Source: Dehalococcoidia bacterium
Lineage (GTDB): Bacteria; Chloroflexota; Dehalococcoidia; Lucifugimonadales; CAZENU01
Length of the DNA stretch: 64,000 nucleotides
Direction: 5' to 3'
Assembly (NCBI GenBank): GCA_965222125.1
Contig: CBDCTC010000006.1
Span: 408,435 to 472,434, forward strand
The position numbers and the translations under genes were made by a program. A model generated the notes under the pieces. It was not told the DNA's origin, made no database searches, and saw only the letters and a program-made list of their open reading frames with translations. Shown here piece after piece: positions 58,401 through 63,747 of the stretch. How positions within the stretch are numbered: the first letter of the stretch is position 1; each line of letters begins with the position of its first letter.

Positions 58401-59106
58401 CGGTGATGTCACCCCCGGACTCGCCCACCAGCCCGCCAATGCGGTTGCTATGGCTGGAGCTGCCGGCTACCGCGCCGGTGGCGTAGCTAGCCCGAATTGG
58501 TCCCCGGTTGGTGCCCACCAGCCCGCCTAAACGAGTGCCAAATCCGGTGACGCTGGCGGTGGAGTAGCTCCTCTGGATTGAACCATTCTCACTCAAGTGA
58601 CCTACCAGCCCGCCCACGTGAGTAAGCTTGTTGCTGACAACTATGCCGGTGGAGTAGGCGGCATCTACAGTGCCGTAGGCATGGCCAATCAGCGCGCCGG
58701 TGTAGCCCCAGCCGGTTACGTTCACGTCCACCAGTCCCACGTTGCGGAAGAAGCCGGCCTCGGAGGAGATGCCGAAAAGCCCCACCCACCGGTGAGCCCG
58801 GCTGATGAAGAGGTTGGAGATGGTGTGGCCATTGCCCTCGAAGATGGCGTTGTACCAGGTGTTCCTCCCCGAAGAATCATCCCCGATGGGCTCCCAGCCC
58901 GAGCCGCTGTTGTAATAATCGTCGGCGGCGTCGATCACCGCAGCGCCGCCGGAGTCGCTGCCCGTGTCCGTGTTGAAGTCCAGGTTCGCGTCCAGCTCGT
59001 AGCCCGTGCAGTCGTTTGTCGTCGGCGTCGGTGGCGGTGATGGGACAGCCCATGCCCGTTGCGGGATTGGGGAAGGCCAGCGCGTAGTCGTTGGCGTTGG
59101 CCACAT
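40402..59106 (-). CDS. giant secreted modular protein 2, main part (GLUG beta-helix, cadherin, FN3), 6234-aa ORF
   Basis: Same supermodule architecture as gene 1 (modules 2-8). It contains a 10 x 101-aa identical cadherin array followed by alternating cadherin/FN3 domains to the C-terminus. The real continuity with 58877..60529 is at ~59016, not at the ORF-track Met. Confidence 0.9.
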   Translation of the reverse strand: MWPTPTTTRWPSPIPQRAWAVPSPPPTPTTNDCTGYELDANLDFNTDTGSDSGGAAVIDAADDYYNSGSGWEPIGDDSSGRNTWYNAIFEGNGHTISNLFISRAHRWVGLFGISSEAGFFRNVGLVDVNVTGWGYTGALIGHAYGTVDAAYSTGIVVSNKLTHVGGLVGHLSENGSIQRSYSTASVTGFGTRLGGLVGTNRGPIRASYATGAVAGSSSHSNRIGGLVGESGGDITASYATGAVTGAGSDKGGLIGELNKGTITNSYWDVTSSGIADDSDATTGVGKTTLQLQSPAQTDGYAGIYADWDIDVDNADVDDDTTTETDDPWDFGTASEYPALKVEWDGDGTPTAYEFGRQGRSAPGVGPPANAPPTFNAGYNASPNIAEGVTAVGTYAATDPEGDQLTYAVTGTDASDFAISGAGALTLASASNHETKESYSVNVTVHDGKNAAGGADTTVDLTLAISVTVDDTLEPPTVPTSLGVVPAANGLTVTWTAPVMPSTKPALDDYDVQHSLRTSAAGDPATWGAWVAFNHVGTGTTATITGLVAGSTYQVQVMAKNNEGESAWTAAVNGVPAAAVDYDLDDDGLIEVGSLTKLNAIRWDLDGDGAPASASASNYAAVFPYPEAGMGCPDTDGDAATPNCTGYELTADLDFDQNNDNAITSADAAWWNSGAGWAPIGNWAAPFNATFDGGGHTVSHMYIRVGGGDVGLFGSTDTASVIRNLGMVSPSIDRTGSLALDSAAAVAGSNRGTIDRVFVTGGSIWAYAKIGGVAGHNRGTVSNSYSRMTVTGNTQVGGLVGWNETASGIITNSYAAGGVATHGEAGTRGGVSGTNAAADFGGLVGQNSSGAAVTASYWDTEASGQAASAAGAAQTTAGLQSPTGATGIYSAWGTVKWDFGTTSEYPALKYDTDGVGGATWQEFGGQVRIAPVDYDTDDDGLIEVDSLAKLNAIRYDLNGDGGVTPADKASYDTAFPNAQGSMGCLNSACAGYELTDDLNFDQNNDNAITSADAAWWNSGAGWAPIGDWANPFNATFDGRGHTISNLYIRIGGGDVGLFGSTDTSSVIRNLGMVNPSIDRTGALTLDSAAAVAGSNRGAIQRVFVSGGSIWAFSKTGGLVGHNRGAISDSYSRMAVTGNTQVGGLVGWNENASGTITNSYAMGKVATHGLTGTPPGGGSRQNPIADVGGLVGKNDGGATVTAGYWDTEASRQSASAGGAGAVGQTTAGLQSPTGATGIYLTWAAATWDFGTASQYPALKYDTNGIGGATWQEFGSQARAAPPPPTDYDTDDDGLIEVDSLAQLNAIRYDLDGNGAVTAANQASFDHAFPNAAASMGCAGNACTGYELTDDLDFDTDDDGDVDSSDDYPSWTAIGAWATPFTATFDGGGHTISNMRIRAAIGDQGLFGSINSPGVLRNVAVLDVDIDRTGSPTFNSIGGLLGSNRGAVEGSYSTGAVTGFENVGGLVGDNRGVVTNSYSSVTVNGNRAVGGLVGFNRNSTARITNSYAVGAVSAVAMLVSGGNSAARTKGGLVGEATADATVTAGYWDATTSAQAASAGGAGAVSQNTAGLQSPTSATGIYSTWAAATWDFGTSSQYPALKYDTDKDSTATAYEFGRQGRSAPGAPVQPPANAPPVFDAGADATPNVAEGATAVGTYAATDPDSDTLTYAVTGTDAAAFAISGAGVLTLNDAANHETKPRYSVSVTVHDGKNAAGANDATVDITLALTVTVDDTLEPPTAPTNLQVFPVVEGLRVTWTAPVMPAAKPPLSDYDVQHSLRTSAAGDPVVWGAWLAFDHVGTGTTATITGLTAGSTYQVQALAKNNEGSSPWTAAVTGVPLAQSTGVDYDGNDDGLIEVSSLKQLNAIRWDPDGDGDPIAANADDYALAFPNPAAGMGCVLTDHDSDAATPDQPTCTGYELTADLDFDEDGDGVITPADGAWNEGLGWDPLGVDATGKRFTATFDGKGHRISNLYINRPAETDVGLWRTLRDGAVVRNLGLERVSVTGGEYVGAFVGSLDGTLEMVYATGYVRAARSATGPPRGTSAGGLAGYMATSDAAILDSYANVTVTADRMYAGGLVGSGLGNCNWEILRSYARGRVSSAGLTGGIIAKVFFGARLGIGTGNYWDTETSGHAIADEDSSVAALSTGKTTAELQAPVDTTTDMDGATVGVQNIYATWDAAKWDFGTANEYPALKFDTDESGSATAAEFGSQSRVAFTTPPTFADGPSKTVTVPENTRPDVAISGSPTATDADAGDWLIYSLAGADAAYFVIHHSTGQISTKIVLDHETRTALQVRVVATDSAGMTASIDVTISVDDVSEGATDSVDYDSDDDGLIEVDSLAQLDAMRWDLAGDGVSANVGYLAVFTTPAEGMGCPNAVCRGYELTADLDFDENGDGQMTEVDDRTYWSGGDGWAPIGRDADGERYTGAFEGNGHTISHLFISRPQDDENGLFGSLGRNSSVENLGLENVNVTGAIHIGALAGHTESATVKAVYATGAVSGDYAVGGLIGSFVASTMEKSYATVTVTATGNIAGGLIGEVLDYRAARPNRIRASYATGAVSGDGHVGGLIGQMMLASSFMNHVTASYAAGAVSGNSRVGGLIGLKNQGLLTVTDSYWDTQTSGQRTSAGGVGKTTSALQSPTQADGYAGIYSSWNLNLDGQAGGDDPWHFGTTQQYPALKAAAYGGGTAYEFGGQYRSDIFVDGTRKTLTVTEGAPANQDIPGSPVAQAPAAGATLTYALSGTDAGHFDMDAGSGQLKTQGALNRAVKASYSVVVTATYSSGTSASITVTINVNKDYDADGDGLIEVSFIVQLNAIRYDLDGNGRSGQPLYARAFPNSPVGMGCPDADHDSNAGTPDQPTCTGYELIRNLDFDTHGNDGTVTSADTSWFGGKGWIPLGSDGHPYVGTFDGGGYTMSNMLINRPNISRVGLFGAIGSGGVIRNLGLVNATVTGKTAVGSLAGLVDGTVESSYSTGSVTGGGTNVGGLVGRVSSSGEVRRSYTTADVSGSGVNLGGLAGFVGGKIEASYAAGDVAGGGTNVGGLVGELDGGTVTASYARGQVQGSTRVGGLVGRQRSSPTVTDSYWDTTTSGQGTSAGGVGKTTSALQSPTQADGYAGIYANWNIDMDGDSNTDDDPWDFGTASQYPALKAEWDRDGTPSAYEFGRQGRSAPALVTNRPPVFMSVAYTDSTGTLVPAAPTIAQTMIPDEEQTAAGTVTAAVDPEGDALTYQMMTGAGDGDHALFNFNAGTRALAFKAAPNFEATPPKTTYTVKIRVRDTKNAQGTGDNTWDSTITVTINLQNVNEAPEFSPKTQTMTPNENQTAAGTVTAAVDPDANPTLTYRMLTTTGDHALFTFNTTTRALTFKAAPNFEAKDSYTVSIQVRDSLDDAGTADTAWDATVAVTINVTNVNEAPEFPGTTATREVAENGGANANVGLPVTATDVDSGDTRAYALSGADSGSFTISSSTGQITADASLNFEAVKNTFTVVVTATDDGNLTDTITVTINVTNVNEAPTFPGTTATREVAENGGANANVGLPVTATDVDSGDTRAYALSGADSGSFTISSSTGQITADASLNFEAVKNTFTVVVTATDDGNLTDTITVTINVTNVNEAPTFPGTTATREVAENGGANANVGLPVTATDVDSGDTRAYALSGADSGSFTISSSTGQIMADASLNFEAVKNTFTVVVTATDDGNLTDTITVTINVTNVNEAPTFPGTTATREVAENGGANANVGLPVTATDVDSGDTRAYALSGADSGSFTISSSTGQITADASLNFEAVKNTFTVVVTATDDGNLTDTITVTINVTNVNEAPTFPGTTATREVAENGGANANVGLPVTATDVDSGDTRAYALSGADSGSFTISSSTGQITADASLNFEAVKNTFTVVVTATDDGNLTDTITVTINVTNVNEAPTFPGTTATREVAENGGANANVGLPVTATDVDSGDTRAYALSGADSGSFTISSSTGQITADASLNFEAVKNTFTVVVTATDDGNLTDTITVTINVTNVNEAPTFPGTTATREVAENGGANANVGLPVTATDVDSGDTRAYALSGADSGSFTISSSTGQITADASLNFEAVKNTFTVVVTATDDGNLTDTITVTINVTNVNEAPTFPGTTATREVAENGGANANVGLPVTATDVDSGDTRAYALSGADSGSFTISSSTGQITADASLNFEAVKNTFTVVVTATDDGNLTDTITVTINVTNVNEAPTFPGTTATREVAENGGANANVGLPVTATDVDSGDTRAYALSGADSGSFTISSSTGQITADASLNFEAVKNTFTVVVTATDDGNLTDTITVTINVTNVNEAPTFPGTTATREVAENGGANANVGLPVTATDVDSGDTRAYALSGADSGRFTISSSTGQITADASLNFEAVKNTFTVVVTATDDGNLTDTITVTINVTDALERWTPPTNMHIDVVTLANRIRVTWTAPAAADNTGKPALTGYKVEWRQKYSANAAWAPDWVDFPRSGLGTTTDITTYTVNAADGTPTTHTVATGGGRIFEVRVCSLNTDGAKSTDSPKAEQCGSWTGNALPSFTEGIKASRSVAENTAANTNIGLPVGAADSDAGDTLVYSMTDSTGSRKFTIDSATGQLKTKDPLDHETAGSYDVYVKVNDGSNGIDAIMVTITVTDVNEPPAFDDGAGPTARSVSESAVAGDAIGDPVEATDPDTKADPLDTLTYALDTTTGDHANFEIDTGTGQLKVKDALDYETKSSYTVTVQVRDSLSAAGVADTVWDDTIVVNISVGDVNEAPVFTAGAGPLNRSVAENAGANANVGLPVPATDVDDGDSVTLSLSGTGANLFSISSTGQIKAKASLDYETAVSYAITVTATDTSSATDTILVNISVTDVDEPPTAPTGVAAGGIANGLRVTWTAPVMTNKPTLDGYDVEYSLRTAVAVGATTATWGAAVITDAGLVLTHDITGLTPDSTYRVRVRAKNAEGISGWSSYDTGVPTVPPLVNADPTFGEGADTSRSVPENTAAGTAIGNPLTATDADAGDTLVYAIDGATGDYAHFAIDTGTGQLKAKGALDYESGTTSYSITVTVSDGNGGTDSIDVTITVTNVNEKPAFPAGAQTLTPNENQTAAGTVTAATDPEGDTLTYRMLPDTGDDDSFNFNAGTRTLTFKTAPDFEAKDSYTVSIQVKDSKNAAGVASLTWDDTVVVTVGVQDVSERPSAPTGLGVLAAANGLRVTWTAPDMTGKPPVTGYKLHYSRRDFAAGPGQWGNWVNHAHAGTGTSAKITGLTAGDTYRVQVRATNADGDGSWTSPDTGVPTAPPVSNAVPVFTDGASTTRSVAENTAAGTNIGLPIAATDADAGDTLVYAIDATTGDHGHFAIDWASGQLKTKSALDYESNNRYTVVVTVSDGNGGTDSITVTIDVTDVVNEPPGVVPPPANRAPSFDEGASASRSVAENTASGQDIGLPLAATDPDSDSLSYALGGTDSGHFALAGNRLRTSGALDYEGKSSYLVTVTVSDGRGGTDTIAVTITVTNVDEAPTVTPTPVAPTGTLAFDKVGVARRTVDAYAPVGTAVGAPVTATVSAGMAGPFYSVYTRSSPFTVDRLTGQLRTARKLGPADEYTIQLLATDGKGRLDVIGVIITVTGGRANRDPVFREGASATRSVVAGSSRGVRVGRPVTATDQDGDALFYMVSGADSSHFSIGSGSGQIKVGRPLTKSSYSFEVVVGDLKGGVDVLDITITVTAVDAPPVATTPTPTPNRAPSFDEGAGASRSVAENTPAGRNIGLPLAATDPDSDSLTYALGGTDSGHFALSGNQLRTSGALDYEGVKNSYAVTVTVSDGRGGTDTIDVTITVTNVNEAPVVAPPPANRAPSFDEGASASRSVAENTPAGTDIGLPLAATDPDSDSLTYALGGTDSGHFALSGNQLRTSGDYAGVKSSYAVTVYVSDGRGGTDTIDVTITVTNVNEAPVVAPPQANRAPSFDEGASASRSVAENTPAGQDIGLPLAATDPDSDSLTYALSGADSGHFALSGNRLQTSGALDYEGQNSYSVTVNVSDGNGGSDTTAVTITVTNVDEPPGALPGLAVFEEVNGIRVSWSAPDMRGKPPVTGYDVQYKLVTATDWNDHSHSGTGTTIQGLTAGSTYKVRVRAKNAEGNSVWASAQGTPTAAPVTPVPPGATTNLEVTPGYSKLRLTWNMPDMTGKPPITHFEVQYKLSIDKYWLDFPHDSTVSRVTIDFLGGGLSYDVRVRAVNSAGSSDWVSSSGTTK
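45873..48905 (-). repeat. 10 x 303-bp near-identical tandem repeat (one 101-aa cadherin domain per unit) inside giant gene 2
   Basis: Antisense ORFs recur every 303 nt from 46049 to 48776. The unit is (T/E)FPGTTATREVAENGGANANVGLPVTATDVDSGDTRAYALSGADSGSFTISSSTGQITADASLNFEAVKNTFTVVVTATDDGNLTDTITVTINVTNVNEAP. Only three variable nucleotide positions were seen by eye. Confidence 0.9.
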
Positions 59107-60529
59107 CTGGGGCGCCGTCGCCGTCCAGGTCCCAGCGCATCGCGTTCAGCTGGTCCAGGTCGGCGACCTCAATCAGCCCGTCGTCGTCCAGGTCGTAGTC
59201 CACCACCGGCGCGGAGCGGCCCTGCCGTCCGAACTCGTAGGCCGTGGCCCTGCCGTCGCCGTCCTCGTCCGCTTTCAGCGCCGGGTACTGGCTGGCCGTG
59301 CCGAAGTCCCACGGGTCGTCGTCGGTGCTGGCGTCCCCGTCCAGGTTGAGGTTCCAGTTGGCGTAGATGCCCGCGTAGCCGTCGGTCTGCGTGGGCATTT
59401 GCAAATCTCTGGTGGTCTTGCCGACGCCGGTATCCGCATTATTGTCGTCGGCGATGCCGGTGGTAGTGACGTCCCAGTAGCTGTGGCCCACCGTGGCGCC
59501 ACTGCCACTCGGATTTAGCAATCCCCCTGCGTGGCCTGAGGCGGAGGTGACGGCGCCGGTGGAATAGCTGGCGTAGATACCGCCTTCCGACGCGCCAACC
59601 AAGCCGCCAGCCTGAGCATTGCTGGAGCCTGTGGCAGTGACGGCGCCCGTGGCATAGACGGCATATAAAGAGGTTGGAGAATAGCCCGCCAGCCCACCGA
59701 CGTCATCAAGGCCAGTGACAGCGCCAGTGGCGTAACTGACCCGCACAGTGCCCCCGCTGTACCCAACCAAGCCACCCACATTTTTGCCAGTGGCCGTAAC
59801 GACGGCGCTGGAGCGGCTGTACTCGACCACCCCGCTGCTGCTGTTGATAGCCCCAACCAGGCCGCCAACCTTGCCCACGCCGGAGACGGTCCCGCTGGAG
59901 GAGCTGTGGCTCACCGTGCCCAGCGTGATGTGCCCCACCAGCGCGCCAACGTCGTTGTTGCCTGTCACCTTCGCGTCGACCAGGTGAACGCGCGTGACCG
60001 TCGCGCCGCCCAGCTGGCCGAACAGCCCGATGTAGTTGTCGCTGTTGCCCGCAACGTTGATGAACAGGTTGCTGATCGTGTGGTTGTTGCCCTCGAAGGT
60101 GGTCCGGAAGGGGTTCGGCCCGCTGTCGCCCAGCGGCTCCCAGCCGTCGCCGCCGTTCCAGTAGGTATCGGCGACGGTAACGGCATCGTCGTCGCCGTGG
60201 GTGTCAAAGTCCAGGTCCGCCTCCAACTCGTAGCCCGTGCAGGTGGCGGCGCAGCCCATGCTCGCGAGCGCGTTGGGGAAGGCGATATCATAGTTGGCCT
60301 GGTCGCCGGAGGCCACTGTGCCGTTGCCATCCAGGTCGTACCGGATGGCGTTCAACTGGGCTAAGTTGGAAACCTCGATGAGGTTGTCGCCGTCGGTGTC
60401 GTAGTCCACGGTGCCCGACCCCGACTGCGCCCCGGCAGGACTAGCCGGGGAGAGGAGCAGCGCTCCCAGCGCCAAGGCCAGCAGCCCGATGAGTCCGAAC
60501 CGGGCGAGGCTGCCCGCCGCCACGCTCAT
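58877..60529 (-). CDS. giant protein 2, N-terminal part (signal peptide, module 1, start of module 2), separated from the main ORF by a 1-nt frameshift
   Basis: MSVAAGSLARFGLIGLLALALGALLLSPASPAGAQS, then DYDTDGDNLIEVSNLAQLNAIRYDLDGNG... The homologous text ...GMGCPITATDADD continues as (N)DCTGYELDANLDF in the frame of 40402..59106. Confidence 0.85.
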   Translation of the reverse strand: MSVAAGSLARFGLIGLLALALGALLLSPASPAGAQSGSGTVDYDTDGDNLIEVSNLAQLNAIRYDLDGNGTVASGDQANYDIAFPNALASMGCAATCTGYELEADLDFDTHGDDDAVTVADTYWNGGDGWEPLGDSGPNPFRTTFEGNNHTISNLFINVAGNSDNYIGLFGQLGGATVTRVHLVDAKVTGNNDVGALVGHITLGTVSHSSSSGTVSGVGKVGGLVGAINSSSGVVEYSRSSAVVTATGKNVGGLVGYSGGTVRVSYATGAVTGLDDVGGLAGYSPTSLYAVYATGAVTATGSSNAQAGGLVGASEGGIYASYSTGAVTSASGHAGGLLNPSGSGATVGHSYWDVTTTGIADDNNADTGVGKTTRDLQMPTQTDGYAGIYANWNLNLDGDASTDDDPWDFGTASQYPALKADEDGDGRATAYEFGRQGRSAPVVDYDLDDDGLIEVADLDQLNAMRWDLDGDGAPDVANANDYALAFPNPATGMGCPITATDADDKRLHGLRAGREPGLQHGHGQRLRRRCGDRRRRRLLQQRLGLGAHRG

Positions 60530-60563
60530 GAGCCCGCCTGCCCACTTCCTGACCGCAAAAATC

Positions 60564-60580
60564 GGGGGGGGGGGGGGGGG
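60564..60580 (-). repeat. poly-C tract (C17 on the coding strand), 34 nt upstream of the ATG of giant gene 2
   Basis: Plus strand G17. The context is CTA-C17-GATTTTTGCGGTCAGGAAGTGG. Confidence 0.9.
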
Positions 60581-60690
60581 TAGAAAAACGCCGCCGGCGC
60601 AGCGTCGCGCTAACGGCAGATTGGGCTAGGGTCGGGGCGTTGGACATTGTTCTATCGTCTCCTTCACCTGTGATAATGGCGGACTTCGCT

Positions 60691-61110
60691 CTACGCCCAG
60701 GCGGTGGTGGCCGGGACCAGCCTGCCGTGGGCCGGGTCCACTGCCAAGCGCAGCCCTTCCAGCGTGTAGGGCCCCAACAGGGCGCGGGCGTCGTCATTCC
60801 CGAAGACCACCAGGGTGGCCTCGGTGCGTCCGTCGATGGTGGCCCGAGCTTCCCCGATGTCGTACTCCACGGGCCGCCCGTCGGCCAGCACGAGGCTGAT
60901 CTTGTCGATGGGCGACACCCCAATGTCCCGCAGCAGGTTGGCGGGCACGATGGCGTAGCTGGCCCCGGTATCCACCATCGCCTCTATCTCCAGCGACCGT
61001 TGGCCGTCCATGCTCTCCAGCCGGATGGGCCAGTTGAAAACGCCCAAATCCCTCACTCCCTTTGCGCCGTGTTTCCAAGGGACTATTCTACGAGTCGGGC
61101 ATTCTACCAT
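60691..61110 (-). CDS. retropepsin-like (clan AA) aspartyl protease
   Basis: ...LEIEAMVDTGASYAIVPANLLRDIGV... has the DTGA active-site motif in the usual context. The start is uncertain. Confidence 0.65.
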   Translation of the reverse strand: MVECPTRRIVPWKHGAKGVRDLGVFNWPIRLESMDGQRSLEIEAMVDTGASYAIVPANLLRDIGVSPIDKISLVLADGRPVEYDIGEARATIDGRTEATLVVFGNDDARALLGPYTLEGLRLAVDPAHGRLVPATTAWA

Positions 61111-61228
61111 TTTGCGTCGGTTTCCGGCAACAAGAAAGGATCACATACTCACCTATAGCGACGCGCAGAGGGGTGTCCCTGCGCCGCCGGAGTTGAAACG
61201 CAAAAAGGGCGGCATACATGACTGTGCA

Positions 61229-61269
61229 GGGGGGGAGGGCATCGCTCGATCAGCGATGCCCTCCCCCCC
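61229..61269. terminator. long GC-rich hairpin just downstream of the SNF2 gene stop
   Basis: GGGGGGGAGGGCATCGCT-CGATC-AGCGATGCCCTCCCCCCC (18-bp stem). The T-rich run follows only on the plus strand, so it may act bidirectionally or as an RNA-stability element. Confidence 0.5.
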
Positions 61270-61287
61270 TTTCCTTTGTGTTGCGAC

Positions 61288-63645
61288 CTAGCGTCCCGCG
61301 CCGACCGTCTCCTTCTCCCGCTCCTGTTCCAGAGTCAGCGCCCACTCGAACATGGAAATGCTCGCGGGCTGAGCCTTGCGCTTGCGGCGCTTCGGCTTGA
61401 CCGGCTCCTCGGCCATGAACTCCGCCCAGGAGAAGAGCGACTGCTGCGGCTCGTCGGCCTCGACGTAATGGCCGTTCCCGTTGGCACGGTGGCCATTGGA
61501 CGGAACAAGCTCGACCGTCGGACCGATGCCGAATAGGTCGTCATGGCCGTTGCCATTGACCCCCAAGGTCTCCGGCTCCGCCTCGACGACCTCCCAGCCG
61601 TCGTCCACCAGCAGTTCCTCGGCGATGGCCTCGGAGTCCCTGGTCTGGGCGAAGACCTGCTCCACCGTCTCGGCGTCTTCCTCGTCTCCGCTGACGATTC
61701 CCCGATCGTGGTCGAGGACAAGCTTGCGGGCTAGAGCCATCATCAGGTCATCCCCGTCGTCCCCGAAGGCGGCCAGACCGTCCTCCGGCAGCTCGCCCTC
61801 GACGGCGAGGGAGCTTTGCAGCTTCTTCGCCACCAGCTTCAGTGCGTCCGCCTGTAGCGTGTTGCGGTAGCTCATGTACACTACCTTCACCGGCCTGGTC
61901 TGGCCGATGCGCCACGAGCGGCGGGAAGCCTGCCTCATGACGTACACACTGTAATCAACCTCCCCCCAGCAAATAGTTGGGAAGTCGATCAGGTCGAGAC
62001 CCGTCTGCACCAACCTGGGGTGGCATATCAACACGTCGATGCCCTGCTTGACCTTGTCGGCGACCCACGCCTCCCGTTTGTCCGGGGCCACGGCGTCGGC
62101 CTTCATCACCGCCACCCGGAACCCGTGCCGGATGAGTATGTCGTCCATCCGCTCGGTGACGTCCCTGGTCCCCGTGTGGGTCACGTAGACCAGCACCCGT
62201 CGGCCCTCCATCCGCTCCGCCGCCACCAGGTCGATGAGCGCCTTCTCCTTCGGGTAGAGTTTGTCTTCGGACAGGGGCGGCACCTGCACGATGACGTCGC
62301 CGCTTCGGGGATCGAAGACCGTCTCCCCCCTGGTGCAACCGTCCGGGTAGGCCAAGAGGGTCTGAAGGTATGTGGCGAGCAGCCGCTTGGAGCCGGACTT
62401 GAGGGCCTCGGCCAGCTCCTTCCTCAGCTCCTCGAACACGTGGTTGTAGGCGCTGCGCTGGGAGTAGCCCGTTCCGTCCTCCTCCGAGTCCATCGAGGAC
62501 AGGAGTATCTGCTCCTCGTAGGGAGGCAGCCCGGAGGCTACATCGGAGAGTCTGAGGAACACCGTGTTGTGTATCAGGTGGAACAGGGCCGATGGCACCA
62601 GCCCCGGCCTCTCCCTGGTCACCTTGCGGTACTTGCGGCGTCTGCTGCTTCTGCCGTCCTCCACCGAGTCGTCGTCGGGCTTGCCGACGGTGTGCTCCTC
62701 GAAGCCGTAGCGCTGTATCCAGCGGTGCTCGTCGGAGCGCCCGAACTCCGTCCTGATCTCCGGGCTGAACCGGTAGAGCAGGTGGAAGATGGTCGAGGCG
62801 TATCCACCTAAGAGGGTCCCTGTCAGGGAGAGGGACTTGCCGCAGGCGTCGGCCAGCACTCCGGCGGCGATGCCTTGTGCCGAGCCGCGCCCCTTGTACT
62901 CGTGTACTTCGTCCCCGATAAGCAGGTCGAAGAAGCCCCGCATCCGGTGCTTCACGTAGTCGGCCAAGGGGTAGCGTGCGGGGCCGGACCTGTCGGCCTG
63001 CCACAGCGGGCCGCCGCAGCCGGCGCAGGTGTGCTTGCGGCGGTTCAGGTCGGCGTCCGTCAGCGGCACGCCGTCCTTGTCCACGACCTGCGCCGTGCAG
63101 TCGGGGCAGCAGGGGACCCGGAAGGGTTCCCCCGTCTCCTCGTCCCTGATGAGTTTTCCCCTGGAGGTGGCCCACCGCTCAATGACGGTGGCCTTCCAGC
63201 GGTAGGAGAGCTTGGCTCGCTCTCTACTCATCACGGCGAACAGAGGCCCTGAGCCGATGGAGAGTCTGAGCTTCTCCAGGTCGGTGATGGAGGTGACGAC
63301 GGCGGCCCTTGCCAGGGGAACCGTCTGCTCCACCTCCCGCTTCCACTTGCCGGTCAGGTGAGGCGGGCAGATTATCAGAATCCTCTGAAAGCCCGCCATG
63401 TATGCGGCCGCGGCGGCGATGAAGGTCTTGCCGGTGCCCATCTCGCCGACGACGGTGGTGCCCCGGTGGGCTTCGAGAGAGAGGGCCGCGCCCTTGATGG
63501 CGTCGGCCTGCGCCCCCAGGGGGGTGCGGAGCAGGCGTGGGAGCTTGCCGCCGTTCTCCGAGGGCCTGTACAGCGGCGGGTAGGACTCCACCACCCGCTG
63601 AGCGATGGCGTCCTTGAATGTGTCGATGAACTGTCCGAGGTTCAT
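61288..63645 (-). CDS. SNF2-family helicase with an inserted Zn-ribbon
   Basis: Walker A GEMGTGKT, DEVH box (LLIGDEVHEY), C-terminal helicase motifs ...LICHPRLVQTGLDL...RQASRRSWRIGQTRPV, and CPDC...CAGC between motifs I and II. Strong SD (AGGAGGGAG) before ATG 63645. Confidence 0.85.
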   Translation of the reverse strand: MNLGQFIDTFKDAIAQRVVESYPPLYRPSENGGKLPRLLRTPLGAQADAIKGAALSLEAHRGTTVVGEMGTGKTFIAAAAAYMAGFQRILIICPPHLTGKWKREVEQTVPLARAAVVTSITDLEKLRLSIGSGPLFAVMSRERAKLSYRWKATVIERWATSRGKLIRDEETGEPFRVPCCPDCTAQVVDKDGVPLTDADLNRRKHTCAGCGGPLWQADRSGPARYPLADYVKHRMRGFFDLLIGDEVHEYKGRGSAQGIAAGVLADACGKSLSLTGTLLGGYASTIFHLLYRFSPEIRTEFGRSDEHRWIQRYGFEEHTVGKPDDDSVEDGRSSRRRKYRKVTRERPGLVPSALFHLIHNTVFLRLSDVASGLPPYEEQILLSSMDSEEDGTGYSQRSAYNHVFEELRKELAEALKSGSKRLLATYLQTLLAYPDGCTRGETVFDPRSGDVIVQVPPLSEDKLYPKEKALIDLVAAERMEGRRVLVYVTHTGTRDVTERMDDILIRHGFRVAVMKADAVAPDKREAWVADKVKQGIDVLICHPRLVQTGLDLIDFPTICWGEVDYSVYVMRQASRRSWRIGQTRPVKVVYMSYRNTLQADALKLVAKKLQSSLAVEGELPEDGLAAFGDDGDDLMMALARKLVLDHDRGIVSGDEEDAETVEQVFAQTRDSEAIAEELLVDDGWEVVEAEPETLGVNGNGHDDLFGIGPTVELVPSNGHRANGNGHYVEADEPQQSLFSWAEFMAEEPVKPKRRKRKAQPASISMFEWALTLEQEREKETVGAGR

Positions 63646-63747
63646 GTCTTTCTCCCTCCTGTATGAGAGTGCTTGGGGTTGGGCGATAAGCGAGTCCCGC
63701 CAGTCGATGGGACCAACGGGGCCTCGTGAGCGGCTCGTGTGAGCCGT

